In this document: positions 9,398 through 19,662 of the stretch, piece by piece
How the letters are laid out: each line of letters starts with the position of its first letter
Position numbering within the stretch: position 1 is the first letter of the stretch
Notes under the pieces: model-generated
Told to the model about the DNA's origin: nothing
Seen by the model: the letters and a program-made list of their open reading frames with translations, nothing else
The model's database searches: none
Position numbers and translations under genes: made by a program
NCBI GenBank assembly: GCA_963824495.1
Contig: CAWGPQ010000008.1
Location: forward strand, 160,001 to 224,000
Direction: 5' to 3'
Length of the DNA stretch: 64,000 bases
DNA from: an uncultured bacterium
GTDB lineage: Bacteria > Babelota > Babeliae > Babelales > Babelaceae

Positions 9398-11020
9398 ATG
9401 TACCCAACCTGGCTCGTGCTTGTACCCCCTTTTGCCGTTATTCTTGTTGCAGCGCTGACCCGACGCGTTATTCTCTCGTTATTTGGTGGGATACTCTTGG
9501 CGGGACTTATTGCGTCAAATTTTTCTCCACTTGAAGCAGTCAAGCTAATCATCAAGAGGCTCTATACAGAAACCAATATTGGTAACCTTATAGCTCAAAG
9601 CGGCTCATACGATAAATTGTATATGCTTGGCTTTTTGGCAGTGCTGGGCATTTTAATCCAGCTCATGACCCATACGGGAGGTCTTGCAGCGTATACACGT
9701 GCTATTAAAAAGTATATCACCTCTGCCCGAACCGTCCAAATAGCCTCGTTAATGCTTTCCCTTATTTTTTTTATTGACGACTATCTTAACAGCCTTACGG
9801 TTGGTGCTATTATGAGACCCTTAACCGACCAGTTTCGTATACCTCGTGCTAAACTTGCTTTTCTCATTGATTCGGTAAGTGCCCCACTCTGCATTCTTAT
9901 ACCGGCAACAAGCTGGGCTGCTATGATCCTTATGCAATTGAACATATCAGGCATAGCGTCACCTACAACAGAGACTACTCTTATTGCTGCTGATCCCTTT
10001 AATCTTTACGTCAAAACTATCCCCTTTATTATATATCCCCTCTTAAGCATTTTTTCTGCTTGGTTCATTGTACTCAAGAACATACATTTTGGAACTATGA
10101 GTTACTATGAGCAAGAGGCTCAAGCTACCGGAAACCTTTTTGGCGGCAAAGCACCGCTTTCGAGCACAAAAATTCGTTCTTCAAACAAAACAGGATCTTT
10201 AGCAGACTTTATCATACCCATACTTACCTTTCTCGGTACAGTTCTGGTTATTCTTGTTTACTCAGGTCAATGGAGTGCTTTAGGTGGAACTAACTCTTTT
10301 ATACCTGCTTTACAAAATGGCAATAGCTTTTTAGCACTTTTTTTAGCAAGCGTAACTGCTACGGTGCTGAGTGCCATTCTTTTTATTGCACAGGAGAAGT
10401 TGAGCATTTCTGAGCTTGGGTATAGTATACGTGATGGTTTTTATCTTATGAAAAACTCTCTTATTATCTTATTACTTGCATGGACATTTGGCAGTCTGCT
10501 TAAAGATGATCTTCATACCGGTACGTATCTTGCTCATATTCTTTTAGGCTCAGTATCGCCAGTTTTATTACCTGTTATGTTTTTTATTACCGCTACGCTT
10601 ATTTCTGCTACTTCAGGATCTGCATGGGGAACAATTATCTTTATGTTACCGATAGCAATTCCACTCGTTATAGGCTTCGCTCAAGCTACTATTCCTGTTT
10701 CACTTGATAGTTTACCATTACTCTTACCAATAGTAGGTGCCATATTATCGGGTGCTGTCGCTGGAGGCCATTTTTCGCCCATCACCGATTCAACTGTTAT
10801 GTCATCGACAAGTGCAGGGTGCTATCATCTTGATCATGTACAAACACAAATAAGCTATGCAACGCCTGCGCTTATAGGAACCATAAGCGCTTATATACTC
10901 GCTGGTGTACTCCAAGAGCAAAACTCTCTACTTTTGGCAGCCTTGTCTATTAGTGTTGGCTTGGGCGTTACCCGCTTTTTACTTATAGCACGCTCAAGAT
11001 TTTCACATAAAACACTGTAG
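9398..11020 (+). CDS. NhaC-family Na+/H+ antiporter-like transporter
   Basis: Multi-TM; FFIDDY, LAFLIDS, GSAWGT, GHFSPITDSTVMSS. Confidence 0.82.
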   Translation: MYPTWLVLVPPFAVILVAALTRRVILSLFGGILLAGLIASNFSPLEAVKLIIKRLYTETNIGNLIAQSGSYDKLYMLGFLAVLGILIQLMTHTGGLAAYTRAIKKYITSARTVQIASLMLSLIFFIDDYLNSLTVGAIMRPLTDQFRIPRAKLAFLIDSVSAPLCILIPATSWAAMILMQLNISGIASPTTETTLIAADPFNLYVKTIPFIIYPLLSIFSAWFIVLKNIHFGTMSYYEQEAQATGNLFGGKAPLSSTKIRSSNKTGSLADFIIPILTFLGTVLVILVYSGQWSALGGTNSFIPALQNGNSFLALFLASVTATVLSAILFIAQEKLSISELGYSIRDGFYLMKNSLIILLLAWTFGSLLKDDLHTGTYLAHILLGSVSPVLLPVMFFITATLISATSGSAWGTIIFMLPIAIPLVIGFAQATIPVSLDSLPLLLPIVGAILSGAVAGGHFSPITDSTVMSSTSAGCYHLDHVQTQISYATPALIGTISAYILAGVLQEQNSLLLAALSISVGLGVTRFLLIARSRFSHKTL

Positions 11021-11102
11021 CTTTATCTTTGAACTACACATGCTACACTCTTAATGTGCCAATATAATAATAACCACATAACCAAAAATTGAGCCAACTA
11101 AT

Positions 11103-12419
11103 ATGTTTTTTTACAGAAAAACTTTTACTACAAGTTTCTTACTAGCAACACTCACATTAACATATACAGCCTATGGTATGCATTCGCCCAAGCAACAGCC
11201 TGACGCGCATGATAAAATTAACCAGTGGCTGCTTAATGTCGTCAAGCAGGGCGACCGAGTAAAAGCACTACACTGGTTGACGAAGGAGGAGGCTGACGTA
11301 AATTTCGCTGATAGTCAAGGCAATACCCTACTTCATTGGGCTATTATAAAAAAGGCTAGCCTCGATCTTAGCCACCAATCGTCTGAACATTACACTTCAA
11401 TTATAGAAATGCTTATAGAGCATGGTGCTAATGTTAATGCAGTTAATAAAGAAGCTAAGTCGCCCCTTTACCTGGCAGTATTCTATAAATCTGCTGATAT
11501 TGTTGCAGTACTTTTAACCAACAATGCACACGTTGACAGTACGGATACAAACAACTTCACTCCACTTTGCATAGCTGTTAGCCGGGATACTCAAGTTAAA
11601 GATCCCAATCGAGAGAAAATAATCAAGCTACTCTTAGACTATGGAGCCAATGTCAATCACGCAACCAAGCATGGAACTAAAGCTCTTTTTTTAGCTCTAA
11701 CACAAGGTAAAAACTTACCTGCAGCAACATCACTTATACGTCATGGAGCGTTGATTGATAACAATGTTAAGAAAAGTAAATTTTGCATGCAACAACTTCA
11801 AGGTATTATTGATGAGCTTTCTTTAGCATCTGCTCTTGGCAATGTTGAACAAGTGCAACAGCTCATTCAGAGCAAAGCTTTACCGAAAGTACATACCACT
11901 CAGTTTACCCCTCTCCATTACGCTATAGCTCAAGGGCAAGCAGGTGCCGCAAAGCTTTTACTTGGTAATGGCTTTGACCCTAATACTCCCGATGAAGATC
12001 ATAACACTCCAGTACATATCGCAGCTCGCAATGGATATCCTGCTTTGATTACTCTCTTACGAAACAAGCAAGCTAATCTTGACTTACAAAACACCAGCGG
12101 CGATACGCCGTTGCATCTTGCAGCTCGTTTTGATACAGGAAACCAGACACTTTTGACATTGCTCAATGCTGGAGCAGCTGCGTATATACGCAATAATATG
12201 AGAAATACTGCCTTGGATGTAGCTCGACTCTACAAACAATCTCTAAACGAACAACTTATTATAACTGACGCTCCTCGAGCTTTGTTTAAGCTTGTATCAA
12301 AAGCTGGAAATCAAAGAGACTTTGCTCAACTTATACCAGGTCTTTCTGCAGAAATCGTAACCAATATCATTGATTGTCTTATAACTAATAATCCTCAAGA
12401 TACCCCGGATACTCACTAG
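11103..12419 (+). CDS. Secreted ankyrin-repeat protein
   Basis: Signal peptide ending AYG-M; GNTLLH/TPLHYA/TPLHLA repeats; C-terminal LSAEIVTNIIDCL. Confidence 0.88.
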   Translation: MFFYRKTFTTSFLLATLTLTYTAYGMHSPKQQPDAHDKINQWLLNVVKQGDRVKALHWLTKEEADVNFADSQGNTLLHWAIIKKASLDLSHQSSEHYTSIIEMLIEHGANVNAVNKEAKSPLYLAVFYKSADIVAVLLTNNAHVDSTDTNNFTPLCIAVSRDTQVKDPNREKIIKLLLDYGANVNHATKHGTKALFLALTQGKNLPAATSLIRHGALIDNNVKKSKFCMQQLQGIIDELSLASALGNVEQVQQLIQSKALPKVHTTQFTPLHYAIAQGQAGAAKLLLGNGFDPNTPDEDHNTPVHIAARNGYPALITLLRNKQANLDLQNTSGDTPLHLAARFDTGNQTLLTLLNAGAAAYIRNNMRNTALDVARLYKQSLNEQLIITDAPRALFKLVSKAGNQRDFAQLIPGLSAEIVTNIIDCLITNNPQDTPDTH

Positions 12420-12449
12420 CTCAGTCAAAAAAGCTAGTTTCATGATAGT

Positions 12450-13790
12450 TCAGTTAACATCACTATCATCATCTTCTTCTTCGTATTCAAACTCATCTTC
12501 TTCATCGGTAATAGACGCTTGCGCCATTTCTTCAATAATATCAGCCTCTTTTGGTAGCTCTTGGCTCAGGCAAAGGGTACCATCTTTAGAAATCCAATAA
12601 TCATCTTCAATACGAATACCAATGCCCTCTTGAGGAATATATATACCTGGTTCAATGGTTATAACATCCCCCTCTTGAAGCGGTTCAGCAGTATTACCGA
12701 CGTCATGCACATCAAGTCCTAAAAAGTGGCCTATACCATGGATAAAATATTTACCGTAGCCTTTATCATCCAAAAATTTTTGGGCTAAGTGCTGAAGCGA
12801 TTTCTGTGGGTGCTCTTTGTTATTAAGCCAATAACCAGGACGTGCTTGTTGTTCAATAAACCTTTGTGTTTCAAGCACCAGATTATACAGCTGACGCTGG
12901 CGTTGACTAAACTTACCTGAAACAGGATATGTTCGTGTAATATCAGCACAGTAATAATCAAGCTCTGCACCAATATCAATTACTACAAGATCTCCGGCTT
13001 TCATGGTATTTTTGTTGGAGTTATAGTGCAAGACAGTGCTGTTTTGGCCGCTCGCTACAATAGAGGGAAAAGCAGGTCGAGCACCTGACTCAGTAAACAT
13101 AAACTCAATACCTGCTTGGATCTCATATTCTATTTTACCATCTTCTATCACACGAGCGGCAGCCTCCTGAGCAACTAACGTAATTTCGACAGCTCGATAT
13201 ATAGATTCTACTTCTGCTTCTGATTTTTTACGACGCATACGTGCAACAAGAGGCGAAATATCTTCAAGAGCACTGGCTAAACCGGGAATAAGATGGCCTA
13301 GTCGCTCGAGAACAAGTTTTTGCTCAATATATTCATGAGGGTTATCGGAATTAAGGGTAAATATTTTTCCCTGAGCACGTATATGAGCAGTCAGATAGTT
13401 TATAATATTTTTGTATTCCGGCGCAGTAAACAATGGAGAAAAACGATACCCTTTACATGTATCACCTACATAACGTATGTCGTCGATACGCCAGTTTTTA
13501 AACTCTTTAGTTTCAGGAGTTATAGCCGATTCAACCCATGCAGCTCTATTAATACCACAGTTTGGAACATATAATGTTGTTTTACCAGTAAAATCTATTG
13601 TATATGCTATGCCTGCCTCTTTAATTCCCGTTAGGTAATAACAAGAGCTCTCCTGACGAAAACGATAGCGATCATGTTCAAAACTACCGATGATAAGTAC
13701 TACGCCATAAGATACTTGAGGGTATGCTTGTTTAATAGCGTCGAGTAACTTTTGACGACGCTCGTGAAATACTAACCAATTGGTATTCAT
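12450..13790 (-). CDS. pepP: Xaa-Pro aminopeptidase (M24B)
   Basis: YCADITRTYP, HGIGHFLGLDVHD, TIEPGIY, GIRIEDD. Confidence 0.92.
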   Translation of the reverse strand: MNTNWLVFHERRQKLLDAIKQAYPQVSYGVVLIIGSFEHDRYRFRQESSCYYLTGIKEAGIAYTIDFTGKTTLYVPNCGINRAAWVESAITPETKEFKNWRIDDIRYVGDTCKGYRFSPLFTAPEYKNIINYLTAHIRAQGKIFTLNSDNPHEYIEQKLVLERLGHLIPGLASALEDISPLVARMRRKKSEAEVESIYRAVEITLVAQEAAARVIEDGKIEYEIQAGIEFMFTESGARPAFPSIVASGQNSTVLHYNSNKNTMKAGDLVVIDIGAELDYYCADITRTYPVSGKFSQRQRQLYNLVLETQRFIEQQARPGYWLNNKEHPQKSLQHLAQKFLDDKGYGKYFIHGIGHFLGLDVHDVGNTAEPLQEGDVITIEPGIYIPQEGIGIRIEDDYWISKDGTLCLSQELPKEADIIEEMAQASITDEEDEFEYEEEDDDSDVN

Positions 13791-13818
13791 AAAAACTCTT
13801 CACTTGTTGGTTATAAGT

Positions 13819-14418
13819 TTAAAATAATCTTCGTTCTGTAATTGCTTTGTGAAGCGTTAGGCGATCCATAAGTTCAAGCGATGAACCGACAGGCATACCC
13901 CGCGCCAAACAGGTAACTTTAGCACCTTTATTTTCAAGTTTTCGTGCTATAAAAGCTGCCGTAGCTTCTCCTTCAGGGTTTTGGTTTACCGCAAGAATCA
14001 CTTCAGCGCATCCGTTACCTACGCGTATAACGAGTTGTTCTATTGTCAAATCTTCTGGACCTACACCATCAAGTGGACAGATAGAACCACCCAAAACATG
14101 ATAAACTCCTTGATAGCTACCTGTTTTTTCAATAGCATAAAGATCATGCCAGGTTTCGATAACACAGATTGTACGCTTGTCACGCTTGGGTGAGTCACAG
14201 AACAAACATGCTTGACCACGCTCTTTCCATGTCCAACATAGTGTGCACTTTGCCAGTTGAGCACGTGCCTCAGAAAGTATGCGGCAAAATTCTTGCGCCT
14301 TATGCTCATCCATTTCTAGGAAATAGTGGGCTACGCGATATAAATTCTTTGATGCTAGATAAGGTACTTGCTGCAGCTGTTTAAGCAAGCTGACAAGATG
14401 GGGGAGATTGTTCATCAT
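13819..14418 (-). CDS. recR: Recombination mediator RecR
   Basis: C4 zinc finger, YHVLGG, NPEGEATA, LARGMPVG. Confidence 0.93.
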   Translation of the reverse strand: MMNNLPHLVSLLKQLQQVPYLASKNLYRVAHYFLEMDEHKAQEFCRILSEARAQLAKCTLCWTWKERGQACLFCDSPKRDKRTICVIETWHDLYAIEKTGSYQGVYHVLGGSICPLDGVGPEDLTIEQLVIRVGNGCAEVILAVNQNPEGEATAAFIARKLENKGAKVTCLARGMPVGSSLELMDRLTLHKAITERRLF

Positions 14419-14457
14419 TATAGGTATCCTGTGCTCTCGCTTATGGTGATAGTGCTT

Positions 14458-16008
14458 TTATACAAGCTTCAACATTTTTTGAATTTTAGTTTGAGCTACA
14501 CCTAAGAGGGTATTAGCACCAATATACAAAATAAGCCCTGCTGGAAAGTTAATAAAAATACCGGTAACAATAGCAGCAATAATAAGTGAAGTTACGCGCT
14601 TGCGTATATCACCTGCAGCTGCCGTTTGTAAGGCCATTCCTATACCAGCAATGACCGGAAGAATATAATACTTATCAGGTGCTGATAAATCGGTTATCCA
14701 TCCAATAAACGGTGCTTGATAGAGCTCATAAGAATTAGTCAACACTCTATTAAGCCCAATAAAAATGGGTAACTGCAGCAGGGGCGATAGCAGACCTCCA
14801 AGCGTTGAAACACCATATTTGCGCGAAAGCTCCAATTTTTCGCGTGCAAGCGCCTCTCGATCATGCTTATATTTTTGCTCAATATAGTGAAGCTTTTTCT
14901 GAAACTCCATTTGCTTTTGCGCGCTTTTTTCACCTTTAAGTGTTATAGGCAGCAAGACGATCTTTATAATAAGCGTCAAAATCAGTATTGCCCAACCATA
15001 ATTTTTTACATAACCATATAAAAATTTGAGCATCACGAGCAAGAATTTAGAAATTACCGCAAACCAACCGTAATCAAGTGTTTCCTCAAGTCTTGGATCA
15101 ACCACTGTTAAGTGCTCAGCTTCCTTTGGACCACAATAGAATGACAAGGTCCACGTTGTTTTTTCGTGAATAACAGGTCCTTCCAGTATTGCCTCAAGCG
15201 CATCAGTACTGGTGAATGTATAATAAGCGCGTTGAGTAAAATGTTGTTGATCAGCCACTAAAGCATGAATAAAATAACGATTCTGTGCACCAAAAAGTGT
15301 TGGCGCTATCCATACTTGTTGTTTAAGATCTGCTGGTTGTATTTTCTGTACTCTATTGCGCTCATTATAGACAATACCGGTAACTGCATCTTTAGGATTG
15401 AGCTGTAGTAATAATGGTGCGGGAAAAAATATACGTGCTTGAATGCCTTCTTGAGAGTTTACTTTCTTCGGTTCAAGTGTTATTTCAAGATCAAGCTTAT
15501 ACACATCATCATATACAAGATATTTTTTGGTAATACGCACATCCTGTGTCTCAGCCTGATAGATAACCGTATGAATACCTCCCTCACTAGTCTTGCTCAA
15601 AAGCGTATAATAGTAAGGTGTTTGCTTGTTAAGAGCAACCAAAAACGGCTGCTCTTCACGTGCAGTACTCATCGGTGGAGTGATAGTTGACAATAATTTT
15701 TGCTCAGTATTATGCGCATGCTTAAATGAAAGACGTTCCAAGGCTGCCGCCTGCTGTGAGAAAACAGCCTCGGCGTGAGGAGTGGTTACCGTAACTAAAG
15801 AAATAGCTTCAGGAGCTTTTTCGCCAATAAAGCTAACTTCAGTATTAAGGGGTTTAACGAGCTCCTCGGACAAAGGAGCCTTAAAGCTCTGCCCTGAACG
15901 GAGGGCATCTTGCGTCTCAGTTGCACGTCGCGCGACAAAAAAATAATTGAATCCTAACGTAATAAGAAGTGCAAACGACAAGGGAACTACAATATCTTGA
16001 AATTTCAT
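14458..16008 (-). CDS. yidC: Membrane protein insertase YidC
   Basis: LDYGWF, NYGWAILILT, APFIGWITDLSAPD, PAGLILY. Confidence 0.92.
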   Translation of the reverse strand: MKFQDIVVPLSFALLITLGFNYFFVARRATETQDALRSGQSFKAPLSEELVKPLNTEVSFIGEKAPEAISLVTVTTPHAEAVFSQQAAALERLSFKHAHNTEQKLLSTITPPMSTAREEQPFLVALNKQTPYYYTLLSKTSEGGIHTVIYQAETQDVRITKKYLVYDDVYKLDLEITLEPKKVNSQEGIQARIFFPAPLLLQLNPKDAVTGIVYNERNRVQKIQPADLKQQVWIAPTLFGAQNRYFIHALVADQQHFTQRAYYTFTSTDALEAILEGPVIHEKTTWTLSFYCGPKEAEHLTVVDPRLEETLDYGWFAVISKFLLVMLKFLYGYVKNYGWAILILTLIIKIVLLPITLKGEKSAQKQMEFQKKLHYIEQKYKHDREALAREKLELSRKYGVSTLGGLLSPLLQLPIFIGLNRVLTNSYELYQAPFIGWITDLSAPDKYYILPVIAGIGMALQTAAAGDIRKRVTSLIIAAIVTGIFINFPAGLILYIGANTLLGVAQTKIQKMLKLV

Positions 16009-16133
16009 AGTACTATATCCTTAGGCCTTACAAAAATGATGCGAATAGAAAAATTTTATCACAGAATCCCCTCGGACGCTAGGACCAACATTAGATAGAC
16101 GAAAAATGAACTACGTGCCAAAAAGGAGAAGCA

Positions 16134-16541
16134 ATGGAAAAACGTACATTTCGTATTGGAGAGCTTGCAGAGCATTTAGCACTCGAGTGTTTTGTCATCC
16201 GCTTTTGGGAAAGGGCATTTAATATTAAAGCCCAACGCTCAGATCGCGGCCAACGATCTTATACCGAGCAAGACCTTCACAAATTTCTGCTCATAAAAGA
16301 GTTACTTTATGAGAAGGGGTTTACTATAGCAGGTGCTAAAAAACTCCTTCAAGATCTTAACGATACTCAAGCAAAAAAATTGCCGTCAGCGTCGATCATT
16401 GCCTCAAAGGTCACAACTATGGAAACTGATACGCATTCCTCTGTCTCTTCCGGAAGCTTACAACAACAAATACCACCTAATGTATCTCAACAAATTGTTG
16501 AGCTCCAAAAGAGATTACTCAAACTTCGTGAGCTTCTTTAA
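16134..16541 (+). CDS. MerR-family HTH regulator
   Basis: FRIGELA..VIRFWE..GQRSY..LLYEKGFTIAGAKK. Confidence 0.85.
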   Translation: MEKRTFRIGELAEHLALECFVIRFWERAFNIKAQRSDRGQRSYTEQDLHKFLLIKELLYEKGFTIAGAKKLLQDLNDTQAKKLPSASIIASKVTTMETDTHSSVSSGSLQQQIPPNVSQQIVELQKRLLKLRELL

Positions 16542-16554
16542 TAGAGTATAGCAC

Positions 16555-16596
16555 ACTAAGAAGCTACTGTGAATCAACGTACAGTGGCTTCTTAGT
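16555..16596 (+). terminator. 16-bp-stem hairpin after MerR gene
   Basis: ACTAAGAAGCTACTGT-10nt-ACAGTGGCTTCTTAGT; no strong U tract. Confidence 0.5.
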
Positions 16597-16620
16597 ATAT
16601 AATTCATAGCTCATTATGCT

Positions 16621-17386
16621 TTCAGAAACCTCTTGCTTGAATAAAGGGAGGAGAAAGCGTAAACCTGGTTAAAGCAATTTTAAAAAAAATAACACTAATG
16701 TAATGTTTAGTCTAATGGCTCCCCTTGTAATAAGTAAGGTAAAATGATAGCATAAATAAGCTATAAAAAAAATCAGTTCTTATGCATGAGGAAGTACACG
16801 TGCAACGTACGGTAATGCTCAAATTAAGCCCAACGCATGAGCAAGCCAAAGCCTTATCACAACTACAAGCAGCATATAATAATATCTGCAACAAGATTGT
16901 ACCGTTTGTTGTAGAGAATAGATGTTGGAATAATGTTGCCTTGCATGATCTGTCCTACTACCCTATCCGTGACACAACTCATCTTGGATCTCAGATGGGT
17001 CTGTAATGCCATCAGGGCTGTCTGTAAGGCCTATAAAGTCTTACCCATTGCTCGTGACCAAAAGATTCCATCTATTACGTTCAAGTCGAGATCCAGCATC
17101 CATTTTGATAAAAGGACCCTATTCGTTTAAAGATAATAGCATTTCCTTGTATATACTTACAGGACGTATTCTTGTCCCTCTGCAGCTAGGAGCATTTCAA
17201 CAGAGCTATCTTCGGTTAGTTTGTAAAAATTGTGGAATCCAGCGACACAGTGACTTGAATGCACGTCGCAATATTTGCCGGATTGCTTTATCTGCCAATA
17301 CTGCAACGGGTAGCGTAAACCTGCCGGATGTAGCAGCTTCTTTCAGCTGACTATAAAGCTCCCCACTTTAGTGGGCAGTTGTTTAC
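16621..17386 (+). mobile_element. Decayed IS200/IS605-family (tnpB-only) element
   Basis: tnpB relic plus right-end-like hairpin AAGCTCCCCACTTTAGTGGGCAGTTGTTTAC (17356-17386); left end uncertain (candidate 16625-16657). Confidence 0.65.
16782..17350 (+). pseudogene. tnpB: TnpB relic with two frameshifts and a large internal deletion
   Basis: RTVMLKL N-terminus, SQM/VCNAIRAV, C-terminal CKNCG..HSDLNARRNI; extra G near 16998, extra C near 17119; central RuvC region absent. Confidence 0.8.
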
Positions 17387-18402
17387 GAAACTACGTTACT
17401 AGGTTTGTTATTTAAGAAATTTCGTATATCGGTTTCGGTAACTCCTAAGGTACGCTGACAGTCCTCTTGTGTATTAAAGGCAATATGAGGAGTTACAATT
17501 ACGTGAGGATGCCGAATGAGGTGATAATTTATAAGAGCAAGCTTGATTTCTTCAAGATCGGTTATCTCTGCTATTAGTGCAGGTGACTTCATGAATTTTT
17601 CACCCTCAAAAACATCGAGCCCTGCTCCTTCTATTATTTTTGCATCAAGCGCGCGCAAGAGTGCTGGTGTGTCGACAAGTTTTCCATCGGCAGTATTAAT
17701 TAAAAGCGCTCCACGCTTAATGTGTTTCATAGTATCTTCATTGAGCATATGATGGGTAGCTTTGTTATAAGGCACATGAAGCGTAATGATATCAGCCTGC
17801 TTTAAAAGCTCCTCAAACGAACTGACATAGGTAAAATTCAAGCGCTTTGCCAATTGCTCGTCAACTCGCTTATCAAAAGCAATGACCTTCATAGCAAAGC
17901 CGTTACCGATAGTAACAACATGCTGGCCAACATTGCCAACACCAACAACCCCTAGTACCTTGCCCCTAAGATCGAATCCTATCAAACCCCCCGACCTAAA
18001 ATCATAGTGTTTTGCCTGTTCATTTGCTTGTACTATGGAACGTGAAAGAGCAAGAATAAGCCCAAAAGCAAACTCAGCAACAGTATTTACACCATACTGG
18101 GGAACATTTGATACAAGAATATTTTTTTCTTTTGTTGCCGCTAAATCTACATGATCGACGGCTACCGTTGGCGTAATAATGTATTTTAAATTGGGTAAAG
18201 CATTAAGTAGCTCACGCGTAACATACGTAGCTGGTGAAATAACAATAATCTGTGCATCTTGGTAACTAGGGGCATTTTTGACGGAAAGCGGCTCATAAAT
18301 AACACGAGGCTGTAAATCATATAAGTGATCCGCTATATATTTTTCCTGGCAGCCCTTAACATCAAAGAAATAAGTAGTCATTGTTAATTTTCTCGCCTCC
18401 AC
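17383..18402 (-). CDS. D-isomer-specific 2-hydroxyacid (D-lactate-like) dehydrogenase
   Basis: VAEFA, GVVGVGNVG, ITLHVP, GAGLDVFEGE, TPHIAF; usual INTARG Arg appears as INTADG. Confidence 0.85.
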   Translation of the reverse strand: MEARKLTMTTYFFDVKGCQEKYIADHLYDLQPRVIYEPLSVKNAPSYQDAQIIVISPATYVTRELLNALPNLKYIITPTVAVDHVDLAATKEKNILVSNVPQYGVNTVAEFAFGLILALSRSIVQANEQAKHYDFRSGGLIGFDLRGKVLGVVGVGNVGQHVVTIGNGFAMKVIAFDKRVDEQLAKRLNFTYVSSFEELLKQADIITLHVPYNKATHHMLNEDTMKHIKRGALLINTADGKLVDTPALLRALDAKIIEGAGLDVFEGEKFMKSPALIAEITDLEEIKLALINYHLIRHPHVIVTPHIAFNTQEDCQRTLGVTETDIRNFLNNKPSNVVS

Positions 18403-18545
18403 AAAGTTAATTACAATTATATATTTATAACCTATTTTATATATTACTATATTTACAATTAATTAATCAAGGGTCTGTGTACGATTTTTTAGGCTAAAAA
18501 TATTCAAATTCTAAAAAGTCCTATTGACAAGCGTATAGAGCCTAA

Positions 18546-18606
18546 GTGGTGGAATTTTTACCACGATATGGTAGAATACCTACCAGATAGCGGTGGAATT
18601 TTACTG
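18546..18606. repeat. Three imperfect palindromes at 22-bp period
   Basis: GTGGTGGAATTTTTACCAC, TGGTAGAATACCTACCA, CGGTGGAATTTTACTG; cores start 18547, 18569, 18591. Confidence 0.65.
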
Positions 18607-18692
18607 AATTTAGGAAGATTTTTATGTTTTTCCAGCAAAAACATGTGCGGCACCAATTGCATCAACCGTAGACCACAAACGCTCAACAATAA

Positions 18693-19532
18693 TCACCATG
18701 ATAGGAATTTAACTACCGCTTCGGATTCCTTAAGAACAAGATCAACGTGTTCATTGGTCAAGCCTATATGAGCAAGCATATCTCTATGATGTTCAAGATC
18801 GCGGCAGAGAACAATATTTTGCTCAAGCAAAAGCAGTTTTTGTTGATGCGTAAGTGATGTCAAACAGGTAAGAGGCTGAACACCAAGCTTATCAATTAAA
18901 TGCGCTATATTGTCGACTTCAGGATATGACCATCCAAGCAAGTGCAAGCCAACACATGCTCCATAGGCTATCGCTGGTGTAGTAAATTTTGTATTGGTTA
19001 CAAGCCATCCCTGATTAAAATGATAACCATGCTCTGGAAACTTTTGATAACCTAATGCAATATCGTCAAATCGAGCTTTGACATAAAGGGCTATTTTAAC
19101 GTCTACTTTAATCCCTTGCTCATGATGAAACTTGCATTCCACCATAGAGCGTTGATCACCGCGTAAAGCCACAACATCAACTTCGTGCTCAACACATAAC
19201 CCTTGTTTGATTTGATCGACAGCAATCGTATAGTCTTGATACTTAAAGATTTCAGCAACAAAACGTTCAAAGGAAAAACCCGACGGTCCTAATTCATATA
19301 GAGCATTTTTCAGGTTATAACGAGAAGCAAGGGGGCGATTTATCATGCGTAAATAATTATAAGCATAGGCATAGATAGCATACGTTGTCTGTAACTCAGG
19401 TGCTTGCTCAACCTCTGTGATAAGCTTATCGATAACCTGATCGCTGGCACCAGCTTTTCGCAATGAACGAGCAAACTTTTCAGCATCAAAGGGCTCAACT
19501 TCACCTGAAGCTTTTTTTATAGATCGAATCAT
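18693..19532 (-). CDS. ATP-cone domain fused to Mrr-like PD-(D/E)XK nuclease
   Basis: IKKASGEVEPFDAEKFARSL (ATP cone); FERFVAEIF, EVDVVA..VECK, LVTNTKFT..A. Confidence 0.8.
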   Translation of the reverse strand: MIRSIKKASGEVEPFDAEKFARSLRKAGASDQVIDKLITEVEQAPELQTTYAIYAYAYNYLRMINRPLASRYNLKNALYELGPSGFSFERFVAEIFKYQDYTIAVDQIKQGLCVEHEVDVVALRGDQRSMVECKFHHEQGIKVDVKIALYVKARFDDIALGYQKFPEHGYHFNQGWLVTNTKFTTPAIAYGACVGLHLLGWSYPEVDNIAHLIDKLGVQPLTCLTSLTHQQKLLLLEQNIVLCRDLEHHRDMLAHIGLTNEHVDLVLKESEAVVKFLSW

Positions 19533-19662
19533 ACGAAACCTTTCTTTTTAGCGCTCTTTTTATAGATCACAGAACACGAGCCTTTACAAAAACTACTTTG
19601 AAGTATTGATAATTTCAGCTAGACTAAAAGTTTCAATAGTTTTTTAATAAATAGGATTAACC

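Noticed and set aside
18546..18606. CRISPR array
   Set aside because: Three short degenerate units with no spacers and no cas genes; no array seen anywhere in the window
18568..18771. 67-aa ORF starting within the palindromes
   Set aside because: No recognisable motif or RBS; overlaps the nuclease gene antisense
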